DNA of 63,877 nucleotides, counting the filler, from Chiloscyllium plagiosum (Eukaryota), in NCBI RefSeq assembly GCF_004010195.1. It is 5 parts of one record of this genome, joined end to end, with 100 filler letters (N's around TTAATTAATTAA, not from the genome) between each part and the next. Parts side by side here need not be neighbours in the genome. Positions count along the whole stretch, not along the records: positions 37,537 to 51,120 come from NC_057715.1; 4 more parts are not named here. The stretch is one strand, 5' to 3'. The translations under genes were made by a program, and so were the position numbers. The notes under the pieces were generated by a model. That model was given only the letters and a program-made list of their open reading frames with translations, was not told where the DNA came from and did not search any database. Positions 37,537 to 50,369 of the stretch are shown piece after piece (positions within the stretch are counted from its first letter, which is position 1; every line of letters starts with the position of its first letter).

Positions 37537-37810
37537 CTTCCGGTTGTCCGTTTCAGCTGTCCGCTGTAGTGGTTGGTGTATTGGGAATATACCAACCACT
37601 ACAGCGGACAGCTGAAACTGACAACCGGAAGCGGAAGCGGCAGGGACAGACCACTATAAACACTGGAGGAAACATCAAAGAAGCGCTTCGCAGGAGGCTC
37701 CCAAGCACTGATGATGTCGCCTAGCCAGGGGACGAAACGTTTGCAACAAAAACTTCCAGCTCGGCGAACAGAACCACAACAACGAGCACCCGAGCTACAA
37801 ATCTTTGCAT
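37537..37810 (+). mobile_element. PLE 3' end with inverted junction (hairpin 37537-37631)
   Basis: 46-bp arms with a 3-nt spacer, followed by the same tail as 23940-24188. Confidence 0.88.
37690..37760 (+). ncRNA. Minimal type I hammerhead ribozyme motif (intact core) in the PLE tail
   Basis: gca-CTGATGA-t-gtcgcct(agcc)aggggac-GAAA-cgtt-tgc: both conserved boxes, stem II, short stem I gca/tgc and a palindromic aacgtt at stem III. Confidence 0.7.
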
Positions 37811-39666
37811 TTCACTTATACCAAACTTCAAACCACACCTTTAATTCCTTACTTTACTTATCCTGAGCAACCTTGCTCTTGGAGTTTTTGATTTTTATTT
37901 AGCTTTTAACTCTTCAAAATCTTTCACAACATTATGACCTGCGAGGATAGTACATTTTAAATTGTGACCCACTATTCCCAGAGTTGTATCAAATGTTAAA
38001 GATTTTGTTTAAGTTCACACAGAATCCCAATTTAGTTGAATTTCAGACCATGGTTGAAAGAAATTTCAGGCCAGATTTCTGAACAAATCAAGACTTATTA
38101 CATGTTATAATTATAGCTACAAGTAAACACATATAAACCATTGGTACTAATTGAAATGCTAATTCCCTTAAAAATTCCTCCACGCACATGGACATGCAAA
38201 CACACACTCTACAAATACAAATAGGGCAAATAGATTATTGGCAGAGGTAGAAAAACTTTCCTTCTGATTCTGATCTTTCCTTCCTGATTCTGATGTTGAG
38301 ATGATCATACTTGGGCTAACCAGACCCTTAGTGTTCAGTTGTCTTTTTCTGGAAGCGTCTGATGTATTTGTAAGAAATGTAGAGTGGATGATGTACTTGG
38401 AAAATGTCTCTGATTTATCAATTCAAAATTCACAGCTTACTGCAAGTGCTGCAGGAGAGCTAACTGGGTACCTTTAAGTTTAAACTGCATATTAATTACA
38501 GAGAACAGCAGCTTATGCTGGAGAGAGCATCAGCACACATTTCTGTGTCTTTCTTTCTGTAACATGCTTCCAGATCCAACCTACTCACTTAGCTGAGAAC
38601 CAATCAATTTTGCTTGTAACAACACCTTGCCTTGACTCTGAAAGGGCAAAAGAAATGTCCTGTCTTTTCATAAATTTTAAAATGAAAATGATAAAGGATC
38701 TGATCAAATTGCTGATCAGAAACTGTGACACTCAGAGAAGAGATTCCAGGTGATTGGCGTGTTGAGGAAAAGTCTTCTGAGGCTGTGAGTAGTTAGGATC
38801 TGGATAACTGCGTGTGTGTGGTGTTGTGTGTGTGGCATATTCATGCGCAGCTTTCAAAATGGAATTGGATAATTTTCTGAACTGAAAAAAAAATTGAAGG
38901 GTTAGATGGAAAAGATGCTGATTGCGACCAGCTAAATTGCACTTGCAGAGAGCTAGCACAGATAGCCTCCTATCAGTTATTCATTTTATTATTCTGTAAG
39001 GTGAAGACAGCCCTTTCCTTGGGCAGTCCAGGCCATTTCTAGCTTTACCCCCACTTCTGCAGGTGATCATCATTGGATATCAGGTGAGAAATTTTAAATG
39101 TGTCAGAGTGCAAGTGAAAAACTGCCATTGTATCCCATAGAAAGCTCTCAGTTTCTGCATTTAACTAGAATCTTCTGCCAAGTGGACCACCTGGGCACAC
39201 ATCAACATTACAAAACAGTGATTTTATTTTGCAACTGGTTCCAAATCCAAACAGCATTTGAATGACATTTGCAGAAACTCACAATCTAATGCCTAAAAGT
39301 CCATCCCACAGGTGATAATAGTTGGTTTGCTAGGACTGCCACATGTGTCCACTGGGCTATGGATCAGTCCTGTCAGAAAGAAATGCTAATGCTGGACACC
39401 CGTAGTAAAGATTTGAATGGTAAAGATTGTACACACAGGACCATAAAGATGTTTTTAGGTCAACAGAAGTACTCACCAAATAAGAGGAATTATTCAACTG
39501 ATGTGTGACCACAGAAACATCATGCTTGCCTGTACAAAATATCCAGAGAGGTGCCTACATCTTGAACCAGTCAAGTATCTCACAGATTTTTACACCTCCA
39601 GCAGAGTCAACAATTGACTCTGTGGAGGCATGGACTGTCTTCTAAAGGTGACACTAATGACATCAT

Positions 39667-39990
39667 GGGCGGCACGGTAGCACAGTGGTTAGCACTGCTG
39701 CTTCACAGCGCCAGAGACCCGGGTTCAATTCCCGCCTCAGGCGACTCTCTGTGTGGAGTTTGCACATTCTCCCCGTGTCTGCGTGGGTTTCCTCTGGGTG
39801 CTCCGATTTCCTCCCACAATCCAAAAATGTGCAGGGGTTAGGTGAATTGGCCATGCTAAATTGCCCGTAGTGTTAGGTGAAGGGGTAAATGTAGGAGAAT
39901 GGGTCTGGGTGGGTTACGCTTCGGCGGGTCGGTGTGGACTTGTTGGGCCGAAGGGCCTGTTTCCACACTGTAAGTAATCTAATCTAATCT
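39667..39990 (+). mobile_element. HE1-type V-SINE (young, full-length)
   Basis: gggcggcacggtagcacagtggttagcactgctg...gggttcaattccc (A/B boxes), V-domain, (aatct)n tail. Confidence 0.95.
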
Positions 39991-40679
39991 GTGGGATGAT
40001 TTACCAACAAGTAATTGTAGTGAGAAGAAATTTTGAGGAGCCGGACAATTTTGAGGTGAGGGCACACCAGAATGCTGGGGAAACCTTCAGTGTACATCTG
40101 CAACAGTGTTCAGAATGGTCATGGTCTGCTGCACCTGGCATGACAGAGGATTGGAGCTCCAAGAGGGGGAAGGGTGTGAACAATCCAAGACCTAAACACC
40201 AAATGCATGTTCTGTATGGCTAGAGATCAGTAATCCTTTTTTAAAAGTAGTCAAAGTGTGAGATCCAGGGGCCGCACTAAGAGAATAAAACCAAAATAAT
40301 CTATATTTTTGAACAAACCATCATAAGAATTACTGTACAATATTAAAACATTAACACATTCTAATGTATACAACTTATTTCTAACACCCAGAATCAGCAT
40401 CTGGTAAGATTGGGTAATAGCGTGTGGCAAATACCTTATAGAGCACATCAACTAGCAAATGCTATTGAGACAGATCCCACATATTTCTCGATGATTCTGT
40501 GCAGAAATTAATGACAAGGTAGGTTAGTAAACTTCATAAGGGAGCATAGATCTTAAATTTTTGCCAATCTAATAATGAAACTCCTTCTTAAAAATAATTC
40601 ATCTTCGACGACTGATCCTATTCTTGTCAATCATTCTCCTAACCTGGTCTATACATTGATAGCACTGAAGAAAACCTGG

Positions 40680-41520
40680 TTGCCCTGCTTGTTAGCAAGG
40701 AGTTGCAGCTCTTTAGGCTTTCTAAGTCCTCCATTTGGTTCTTGATTTCCCTTGTTCTTCTTTGTAACTCCACCTCTGCTGTTTCATGAATTCTCCTTTT
40801 TGCCTCACTGGTGATATTGTTTTGTAGGGCATGGAAAACTTTCCTCCTCTAGTTGGTGAGGTCTTGGATGATGTGGTCATGCTTGTCAAATAAGTCTTGG
40901 TGCTTCCTGATCTTGTAGCTGTTGGATTCTTCACACCATAAGATGATGGTTGTCTTCAGTTCTTTCCAGATTTCTTCCAATCTATTGTAGTGAACTCTTG
41001 GGAGAATTTGATGAAGTCATTGTTGAAAGTTCGCTAGACTGCTTGGCTCTTCAAGCAGCTCCATGTTGAGGATTTTTTTTAACTGTTTCTGCAACTTAGC
41101 TGTCTGTGATGGCACTTGATGGATATTGAGTCAAAAAGAGTAGCGCTGGAAATGCGCCACCGGTCAGGCAACATCTGAGGAGCAGGAAAGTCGACATTTT
41201 GAGCATAAGTTCTCCATTAGGAAGAACATTGAGGAGCAGAAGAACCAATGGTCTGTCCAGTAGTCACTTACGCTGGTCATCGCTTTGTTAATGAGGACAT
41301 CCTTTTGATGTTGGGATTGAACGATAGCATAGTTGATCATGTGCCAGTACTTTGATTGTGCCTGCTTCCAAGAATTCTTGTACTTTTCATTTTGGTGATG
41401 GTCTAACTGTTGTTCTGCACATTTGTTAAGCAGGCGAATTGCTTAGAGTTGCACTCTTTCTGATAATTCCTTTCTAGACTTGGGGTCTTTTCACAGCAGA
41501 AGAGTGGCAATAGAATTAGT
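40680..41520 (-). mobile_element. Degenerate RTE-clade LINE fragment (APE C-terminus and linker), with a PLE tail nested at about 41125-41225
   Basis: Minus strand: KYKNSWKQAQSKYWHMINYAIV...KAMTSVSDYWTDHW and KIRKHQDLFDKHD...ELQRRTREIKNQ, compared with RTE W.HPRSKHWHLIDY, CWTDH and KHQDWFDEN. Confidence 0.72.
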
Positions 41521-42126
41521 CCCATTTGCAACCTTCCAGATTAGTAAATAATTGTTGATTTTTGTGTTTGTCACTGTTCGGCCCATCAACCCCAAATATG
41601 ATTGTGACATTATATTCCAGATTATGCTGGAAAAGTAATCTATAATCAGACTGGTAATTCTGATTGATGTTTTATTTTTCTCTTTTCATAATTCAGAAAA
41701 TGAAACTAATTCTATTGCCTCTGTTTGTCTTGATAATATTTCTTCCTCTAGTGGAGAAGAGAACTTTGTTCCAAAGAAGTCATATTGCAGTCAAAACATG
41801 AACCCTGTTTTTCTCTCTCCGTTGATGCTGCCAGAATTTCTGAGTTCCTCCAGCACTTGCCGTATTATAAAGTATCACCTTAATCACTTTAGAGAAAGCT
41901 TGATTTACTCCATAGAATTACAAACAATGTACAGCACAGAAACAAATCATTTGGCTCAACTGTTGATTGAAGATCTTTTATACTTCTCATTTTTAAGAGC
42001 AGAAGTATTTAACTTTGCAGCATTTCATTCTGTCATAAATAGCAAAGTTCTAATATAGTATGTACTATTGAGAATGTTGTTACATGTTTGGCATAGCTTA
42101 ATAACTGATAACTATATCTTTAACAG

Positions 42127-42223
42127 AAAACCAGTTTGAAGAAAGTCCATCTTTCAGGATATGGTGTTGAACTTGCTATTAAAAGTACAGAATACAAAGC
42201 AGTAGATGACACTCATTTTGAAG
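42127..42223 (+). CDS. UGGT2: Internal coding exon of UDP-glucose:glycoprotein glucosyltransferase (most similar to UGGT2)
   Basis: Acceptor ...atatctttaacag|, donor G|gtacga. The 97 nt translate as KTSLKKVHLSGYGVELAIKSTEYKAVDDTHFE, matching the conserved UGGT motif LSGYGVELAIKSTEYKA.DD. The start resembles my recollection of UGGT2 (KPSSRKMYLSG) more than UGGT1 (NPRKEPVYLSG). Too short to appear in the ORF track. Confidence 0.88.
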
Positions 42224-42879
42224 GTACGAGATTTAGTTTTAGCTGAATATGTAAAATACAGTCAAACTTAATTAGTTGAAGTTGTTTCAATTAGACCTTT
42301 TTCTGTAGCATTGTTCTTGCTGTGATATTTTTATGCAGTGATGTCAGAATATCTCGGAAGTTTCAGATAAGGCCCTGTGCTTTTATTCCAAAATATGTGC
42401 CTGTTATCTCCACAATAAAAACTGAAGAACTGTAAATTAGATACAAAAACAGAAATTGATGAAAAACCACAGCAGGTCTGGCAGTATCTGTCGAGAGGAA
42501 ATCAGAGTGCAAATCACTGATGATAGTAGTGCATTGAATGCAATAGCATTCCAATTTAAAAACAAAATTATCACTTCTGTAGAAAATAAGACAAGTTAAA
42601 ATCCATATATAATTCCTTTAGGATAACTTTCTCAAAGTTAAAGTTTTAAATTTCACTGCTTGTTTTGCTGCTAAATACAGCAGTCATTCTTCAACTTTCA
42701 TCTTATGTTCAGTTAATTCATGATTTTGGCCATATTTTGAGGAAGGTATGTAGACTGTAACATTGGAAGGATTATTTTGCTTTTCCTCAAAAGGTGATAT
42801 TTTTTCTTAAAGACTGAACATAAAGGATTTTGTGTTCCATTTCATGTGAATGATGCCACAAGTGACAGTTGAACACCAT

Positions 42880-43830
42880 TTCTGTACTCCGGTTTAGTTA
42901 TAGGGGAAACGAGAAAACCCAAATAAAAAAAAGGAGGTAAGCGTGCAGAACTCAGGAAAGGTTATTAAAATCTCCAGCACAGACACAAATAGGACAGAGT
43001 ATCTGCAAAGAGATAGAAATCAAACATCAAGTACACTGGACAAATGACAGTGAGAAGAGGGATGGATAATATAGAACTAAAAGTGTTATATCTGAATGCA
43101 CGCAGTATAGGGAATGAGGTAAATGAGCTTGTGATGCCGATCAAATTTGGTAGGCATGACATGGTAGTTATTACAGACACATTGACGTAAGGGAATCAGG
43201 ATTGTGAGTTGAATATTCAAAGATATATATCCTATTGAAAAGATAGGCAGGTGAGCAGGAGGGTTGTTTTGCCCTATTCATGAGAAATGGATTTAAATTA
43301 ATAGTAAGAAACGAAGTAGGGTCAGATGGTGTGGAATCTGTGTGGGTAGAATTGAGGAACGGCAAAGTTACAAAAAAACCCATAGTTGGGAATTATGTGT
43401 AGGCCTCCAAACTGTAGTCAGGGGATAGTATGCAAGATACACCAGGAGATAGAAAAGATGTATAGGAAAGACAAAGTTTCAGTGATCATGGGGGATTTCA
43501 ATATACAGGTGAACTGGGAAAAATCAGGTCGGCAGCTGATTTTTGGAGCAGCTTGTGGTGGATCCCATGGGGGAACAGGCTGTACTGGATTTGATATTGT
43601 TTAATGAGGCAGACTTGATAAGCTTAAGGTGAAGGAACCCTTAGGAAGTAGTGATCATAATATGATTGAATCTACTCTGCAATTTGAGAGAGAGGAGATA
43701 GAATCAGAGGTAATGGCATTTCAGATGAAAAAAGGTAACTACAGAGGCATAAGGGAGGAGCTGGGTAAATTTGACTGGGAGAGGAGCCTAGCAAGAAAGA
43801 GAGTGGAATAGCAATGGCAGGAGTTTCATA
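42880..43830 (+). mobile_element. Old CR1 ORF2 5' (APE) fragment
   Basis: LKVLYLNARSIGNEV, GIMCRPPN, IMGDFNIQVNW and PLGSSDHNMIE. Confidence 0.85.
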
Positions 43831-44346
43831 GGTTCATAGTATTTCATAGTAATAGAAGCAGGAGGCATGGTGGCACAGTGATTAGCACTGTTGCTTCACA
43901 GCGCCATGGACCCAGGGTTGATCCTAGCCTCAGGTGACTATCTGTGTGGAGCTTTAAAAGGTTCTGGCTACATTTGGAGTATTGTGCACAGTCGTAGGCT
44001 CCATATGTCAGGAAGGATGTACTGGCCCTGGAGAGTGTTCAGAGGAGGTTCATGAGAATGGTCCCAAGAATGAACAGCTTAACATATGAGGAATATTTGA
44101 GGACTCTGTATCTATACTTGATGGAGTTTAGAAGGATAAGGAGGATCCAATTGAAACTTACAGAATACTGAATGGCCTGGACAGAGTAGATATGTGGAAG
44201 ATGTTTCCACTGGTAGGAGAGACTAGAAGCCAAGGGCACAGCCTTAGAGTAAAGGGAAGACCTTTTAGAATGGAGATAAAGAGAAACGTCTTCAGCTAGA
44301 GAATGGTGAATCTATGCAGTTCACTGCCACAGAAGGCTGTGGCGGC

Positions 44347-46337
44347 TATTGAGACTGTTAAATCTCCCCCTATAATGATGTGTCGGGACTTGAGACTTAA
44401 CAGTTTAGAAAAAGCATCCTCCAAAAATTTAAGAGGATGAGCTGGAGGGCAATAAACATTTAAAACACCACATTCTTCTCCATTTATCAAGGCTTTAAGA
44501 ATTACAAACCTCCCGTGCCTCTAACAACTTAAATGGGAGATTCTTCCTAACCAATAAAGCCACTCCCCTACTTCTGGTATGAAATGATGAAAAATAAACA
44601 TGGTCAAAGCCATTCTGCTGTAATTTCAGATGCTCTTTATCATCCAAGTCTGTCTCCTATAACAAAGCAATATTCACCTCCTTTCTCAGACTCAAGAGTA
44701 CGTTCTTCCTCTTAGTTGGTGAGTGACTTCCCTTGATATTCCAGGTACATCATTTAATCAAGTCATTAGCTATAACCTTCTGCAATGACTTTTAAATTCC
44801 AGACAGGAGGAACCCGAACCACAAATCATTGAGCCTTAGTGTCACATGATCGACTAAATATAAAAACTACATAAACTAAAACCACTACATTTAACAAACC
44901 TACAAAACAATTAAAAATTATAAACAATGAAAACCAAAAAACAAACCAACATGTAAAGCGCGAACAGTGCTGAGTAGGAAACTCACCCCCTGCCCAGAGG
45001 GGGCAACTACTCAACCCAAACTAACCAGCCCAGCCACCTTCATTTCTCCCAGCTAGAGCCGCACAGTAAACACAAGCAGAAAAAGAGTTAACACACTATA
45101 GAATACCAATATGAATAAAAAAAAGTATTTTTAAAACAAAAAAGGAATAAATTCCCCAACCATCCTTTGGTATATCCTAACTTAGAAATTGAAAATGTAC
45201 ATCTTGATTGCCGCAAAACATAGTTGAAACCAAATTATTATCAATAGAAAAAGAAAAATTGAAAAATACAGCTCCAACCTGACTTCCTTAGTTTCTTTTA
45301 CAAAATGATAAAGACATACCCAAACAACATTATTCATACATACTAAAATTGTTCAAATTAAGTTAATTTGTTAACAAAGTCTCTTGCCTTCTCCAACGTG
45401 TTAAAGACATGTATGGATCCATCTAATGAGAACCGAAGCACCGCCGGATACCTCAGGGAGTACTGAATCCCAAGCTCCCTCAGTCATCTCTTCACACTGT
45501 TGTAAGATTTTCGTTTCTGGATCACTGCCACTGAGAAGTCCCGAAAGAACATGACCTTGGAGCCCTCGTAAATTAGAGCCTTCGGATCCTTCCCCTGGAC
45601 TCTGGAAACCTTTATGACTCTCCTTATCCCAGTAATGATGGAACCTCACCAGGAGAGGACAAAGACGTTGACCCAGACCCGAACTCCGCGCTGTGACCCG
45701 GTGAGCCCTTTCTATTTTCAATCCTCTCATACCAGCCCCTAAGTCAAGGAATTTCAGCAGCCAATCCTCAACAAATTCCGCAGGCGGCTCACCTTCCTTA
45801 TCCTCAGGCAGACAGATGATCCAAATTGTTTTTCTCCTGCCCCTGTTCTCAAGATCATCGACTTGGTCATGCACATTACGGACCTGCGTCTCCAGGGCTT
45901 GGATGAACTGGCAACAGCTTCCACCACTGTGACCCTGTGCTCCACCTCAACCGTTCTCTTTTCCAGGTCTCCAGCTGCTGCTCATGCTTCTGCAACATGA
46001 GAGAGATTGGAGCCAGCTTCTCTTCTATGTGGTTCCCCAACATCTCGTGAGATTTTGCGAGCTCTTTCACCAGGGTCTGGAAAGTAATCGACTCCGAGGA
46101 TTCTGCAGGCTGGGCCGCAGGACCGGCCTGGGATGCTCCTCCTCCCTTTTTCGGCATCTCTGGATGGCTGGAAACTGAGATGTTCATTTTTAGAAGTTTC
46201 TTGGGACTCCACGATCTTTCTGGAATCCCAAGATATCACAATGGTCTGGTTTGGGTGGGTTGAAGGTTCGTCCCGCTTGTGCTGGAACTCTGCAGTGTGA
46301 TCTTCTTAGATCGCTGCCATCTTGGACCCCCCCCCCC
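44347..46337 (-). mobile_element. L1-clade LINE, 5' 2 kb only: 5' UTR, ORF1 (frameshifted), long spacer, start of ORF2 APE
   Basis: ORF1 DQVDDLENRGRRKTIWIICLPE...KIERAHRV...LLVRFHHY (L1 ORF1p). ORF2 TWNIKGS...LNVYCPP...IIIGGD. 5' end gggggggggggtccaagatggc. Confidence 0.9.
46316..46324 (-). promoter_or_regulatory. YY1-type motif CAAGATGGC at the L1 5' end
   Basis: Lies just downstream of the G-run 5' terminus, as in the mammalian L1 internal promoter. Confidence 0.55.
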
Positions 46338-47247
46338 GCCAGGACATTGAATATATTTAAGACAGAGATAGTTGGTAAAGGTTTCTTGATGGTAAAGGAG
46401 ATCAAGGGTTATGGGGAGAAAGCAGGAGAATGATGTTGAGAAATGTATCAACCATGATTGAATGGCAGAGCAGACTTGATGTGCTGAATGGCCTAATTTC
46501 TATGTCTCATCGTCTTATTAATTTGGTTATGAATTGTGGGACAGCAGTGTTAGTTTTCTGTCTGTCCTGCCACCTCTGCTCTAACCTCCCCCACCTCAAA
46601 ACATAGTTCAGGAATTACAAAATAATAGATTCACACTTATATTGAAGAATCAGATTTGCAGCACCGAACCACACTCAATCCATCATACATGTCTCATTGG
46701 CAGTATTTTGATATGAATTATTGCTGTTTTCTTGCTCTTTCCTAGTATCCTTTAATATTCTTTCTTGTCAAAAGTGAATCATTCAGAGTCCCTGACTCAA
46801 AACCTTTTTATGGTATAATCTCAAGTGGTAATTTGTAACCTAAGTGACATACACAGGGCTGAACAGATGAACATTTGTGTAAAACTGTGCTGCGGGAAGG
46901 AAGTAAAGTTTTCGTTTAAATTCAATAAAGTCCATTTATCCCTGGTTGAGATGCGCATTTTTGAGTACACTAAGGTACAGTACCTTAAATTAGTCATTAC
47001 TGTAATGTATGGCACACTATAGACAAATAAGAATGATTTTATTTTCATCCATGATCAACATAAACTCCCCCAAGGGACAAGAATATTTTGAATAACGGTC
47101 ATGGACAACATAGGAGATCAGTGAAAACTAGAGGAAAGAAGTATGACAGTATAAAGAATAAGATATTTGGAAAGAGTTATAAAACAAAGCAAAGAACAAA
47201 ACAGCAGTTAGATGCAGAAAATTATATAGAAAGAAACATGACGGCGT

Positions 47248-47567
47248 GGGCGGCACAGTGGCACAGTGGTTAGCACTGCTGCCTAACAGCGCCAGAGACC
47301 CGGGTTCAATTCCTGCCTCAGGCGACTCTCTGTGTGGAGTTTGCACGTTCTCCCTGTGTCTGTGTGGGTTTCCTCCGGGTGCTCCGGTTTCCTCCCACAG
47401 TCCAAAAATGTGCAGGTTAGGTGAATTGGCCAAGTTAAATTGCCCGTAGTGTTAGGTGAAGGGGTAAATGTAGGAGAATGGGTCTGGGTAGGTTACGCTT
47501 CGGCGGGTCGGTGTGGACTTGTTGGGCCGAAGGGCCTGTTTCCACACTGTAGGGAATCTAATCTAAT
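47248..47567 (+). mobile_element. HE1-type V-SINE (young, full-length)
   Basis: Nearly identical to 39667-39990. Confidence 0.95.
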
Positions 47568-48242
47568 TACAGATTAAGACATATTGTTCTTGAATGTGAA
47601 TCAGGAAAGTTTACTATGAAGTTACAACAAAGGTGTTGTCGTAAATGTAGTATTGGTAAGACTCCCTTTGGAGTACCACATGCGGTTTAAGGAAGGATGT
47701 TTCTGATTTGAAGAAGGACACAGTTGCATTGTTTGTAGCTCAGAGAAACTTGAATCGAATATCTGTCTTAATCTTTATTCCGTCATCCGCTCTTTCCTCT
47801 AGTGTAATATTACTTCTCATATTCTTTATTGACTGTGGCTGTTATTCAATATATAATTGAGAGTATATGCTGATCATGGATCAGGATGAAATATTTTTTA
47901 CTTATGTGTAGTTATAATCAATGACAGTTTTGGCAGTTACCATTTCAATCTCTGACTTATCCTATAAAATTAACTTTACCATAATCTAGAGCAGTGTCGT
48001 CAGGTGATTCATTGGAAGAAAAGTTTGTCTTATGAGGAAATGTTGAGCAGCTTGGACCTATGCTCATTGGAGTTGAGTAGAAGGAGAGGTGATCTTATTG
48101 AAGCATATATTATTCTGAGGGGATTTGACAGGATGATTACTGAAAGGGTGTTTTGCCTTGTAAGGGAATCTAGAACTAAGAAGCACAGTTAAGAAGAAGT
48201 GTCAGTTGAAGTGTTTAAGAAAGAAGGTAAACTAGAACTTGT

Positions 48243-48553
48243 GGGCGGCACGGCGGTTAGCACTGCTGCCTCACAGCGCCAGAGACCTGGGTTCAATTCC
48301 CGCCTCAGGCAACTGTCTGTGTGGACTTTGCACATTCTCCCCGTGTCTGCGTGGGTTTCCTCCGGGTGCTCCGGTTTCCTCCCACAGTCCAAACAATGTG
48401 CAGGTTAGGTGAATTGACCATGCTAAATTGCCCATAATGTTATGTGAAAGGGTAAATGTAGGGGAATGGATCTGGGTTAGTGCGCTTCGGCGGGTCGGTG
48501 TGGACTTGTTGGGCCGAAGGGCCTGTTTCCGCACTGTAAGTAATCTAATCTAA
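48243..48553 (+). mobile_element. HE1-type V-SINE (young)
   Basis: Same family with a short deletion in the head; (aatct)n tail. Confidence 0.95.
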
Positions 48554-49259
48554 AAGAACAGCTAGGTCTAAATTGGTGGATGTGATGCTGGTCTGACAAT
48601 CTGAAAACTTCTGGTATGTAGGAAAGTTACAGTAAAGCAGGTTGGAGGAGCTGAGTGTTCTACATCTTGCCCCTAATTCCTATGCTTGTATGAATGTCCG
48701 CACTAACAAGATCATCAAAACAACTTTGGTGGCTCAGCAGAAATGGGCAGAGGCAGCACAGAAGTTATTTTGTTCCCAAAGTGCAATTCATAGCATTGAA
48801 ACTACTGGCATTATGGGTTAGAATTTTACAGCCAAAGGGTAGTCAAAGGTATGAGGATCCTTTAAAAATAGATGTGAGTCAATGCAAACAAAGATAAGGA
48901 AGTAGCAGACTTGTTGAATAATTTTGTTGGCAGAGTTGATGATGACATACCAGACATTCCAGGGAAATTAATAATGAACCAATTAATGAAGGACTGGAAA
49001 TCGGTAATGTTCGTGGGCAAATGAGGGAACGGAATTTGGGGAAAATGCTAATACCAAGACAGATAAATTCTCCACTGTTTTAAAGTTAGAAAATTTAAGA
49101 TGCTTTGCTCTGAGACCTCTGCGTGGGATATTTTGGTAATGTTGTGGGGGAGTTTTAAAATAATTTGGCAGGAGTGAGGGAACTTGGGAATAACATCAGG
49201 GAGGAATGCCAGGTGCCCAAAATCTGTGGAGTGAAAGATAGAACAAGATAAGGGAACAA

Positions 49260-49960
49260 TAATTTAATGGTGTGGTCAAAGTAAAATGTATGATATTGTA
49301 GCTCAGATAAAGTCCTGGTTCAAGAAATGGCATACCGGGTATTAAATATTCCTGGATACAAGGTGTTCAGTAAAGATAGGAAAGGCAGATAAGGGAACAA
49401 GGTGGTGGTATTGGTTAAGGTGAACATTGCAATGCTGGAGAAAGAGGATATACTAAGGAGCTCAAGGATAGTGACAATTGTCCTGGTGCTAAGGAACAAA
49501 AAGAATGCAGTTGTATTGCTTGCTGTAGTCTATTGACCACAAACTAGTGGGAAGGATGTTGAGGAACAAATCTAGTCTATGGGAATGAGATGGCCCAACT
49601 AGATTAAATGAGAGTAGGGAAATAACAAGGTGTCAAAGATCAGTGTATCATTACGTTTCAGCCAATAAGAAAAATAACATTGAGCAATCAGAACAATCAC
49701 AATAAGTTGATGGAAACCAACTTAAAACAAATCTGGACCAAACATATTACAGTAAGAGTTTGACAGTGAAATAAATAGCTGAACAATGGGCGTTTGACAG
49801 TGAAATAAATAGCTGAACAATGGACGATTTGAAAGAAGAGAGAATTTGAGCACTGTCAATAAATATTCCCTTGAAATGTAAAGGTAGGGCAAACAAATCC
49901 AGAGCTCTCTGGATGACAAAAGAAATAGGAGGTAATGTTAAAAAAAAGAAAAGATGTGTC
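49260..49960 (+). mobile_element. Old CR1 APE fragment containing a 34-bp tandem duplication (about 49758-49825)
   Basis: LNIPGYKVFSKDRKG, AVVY*PQTSG and KSRALWMTKEI; gtttgacagtgaaataaatagctgaacaatgg occurs twice. Confidence 0.7.
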
Positions 49961-50369
49961 TTTTTTATTTATTCACGGACTTTGGGCAATATTGGCTATG
50001 TCAGCATTTATTGCCCACCCCTAATTTCCCTTGAGAAGGTTGTAGTCTGCTGCCTTCTTGAACCACTGCAGTCTATTTGATGGTGGACACCCACAGTGTC
50101 GTTAAGAAAGAAGTTCCAAGATTTTGACTCCGCAGCACTGAAGAAATAGAGATACATTTACAAATCAGGATGGCACCCTCAAGGATAAGGTCAGAAAATA
50201 CATGACAACATCACCGCCTGCAAGCTCACCTCCAAATAATTCGCCATCCAATGCAAAATGGATTACAGTAGTTCAGGAAGGCAGCTTACATTCTGAAGTC
50301 AATAAGTATGGGCCAGTCAGCAAAGTCTTTATCCTCTGAATTAATTAAAATAAGGGAAAATTACAGAGG

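Larger units (their letters stand above)
43960..46515 (+). mobile_element. Old CR1 3' end split by the L1 insertion (43960-44346 and 46338-46515)
   Basis: LEYCAQS...LESVQRRFMRM...SLPQKAVA| and |RTLNIFKTEI plus a 3' UTR. Confidence 0.85.

Noticed and set aside
37962..38730. Possible solo LTR (tgtgacc...tgtgaca)
   Set aside because: No TSD or second copy in the window; support is too weak to call.
39667..39740. tRNA-like sequences (also 47248, 48243, 31128, 32932)
   Set aside because: They are SINE heads with A/B boxes followed by SINE body, not cloverleaf tRNA genes.
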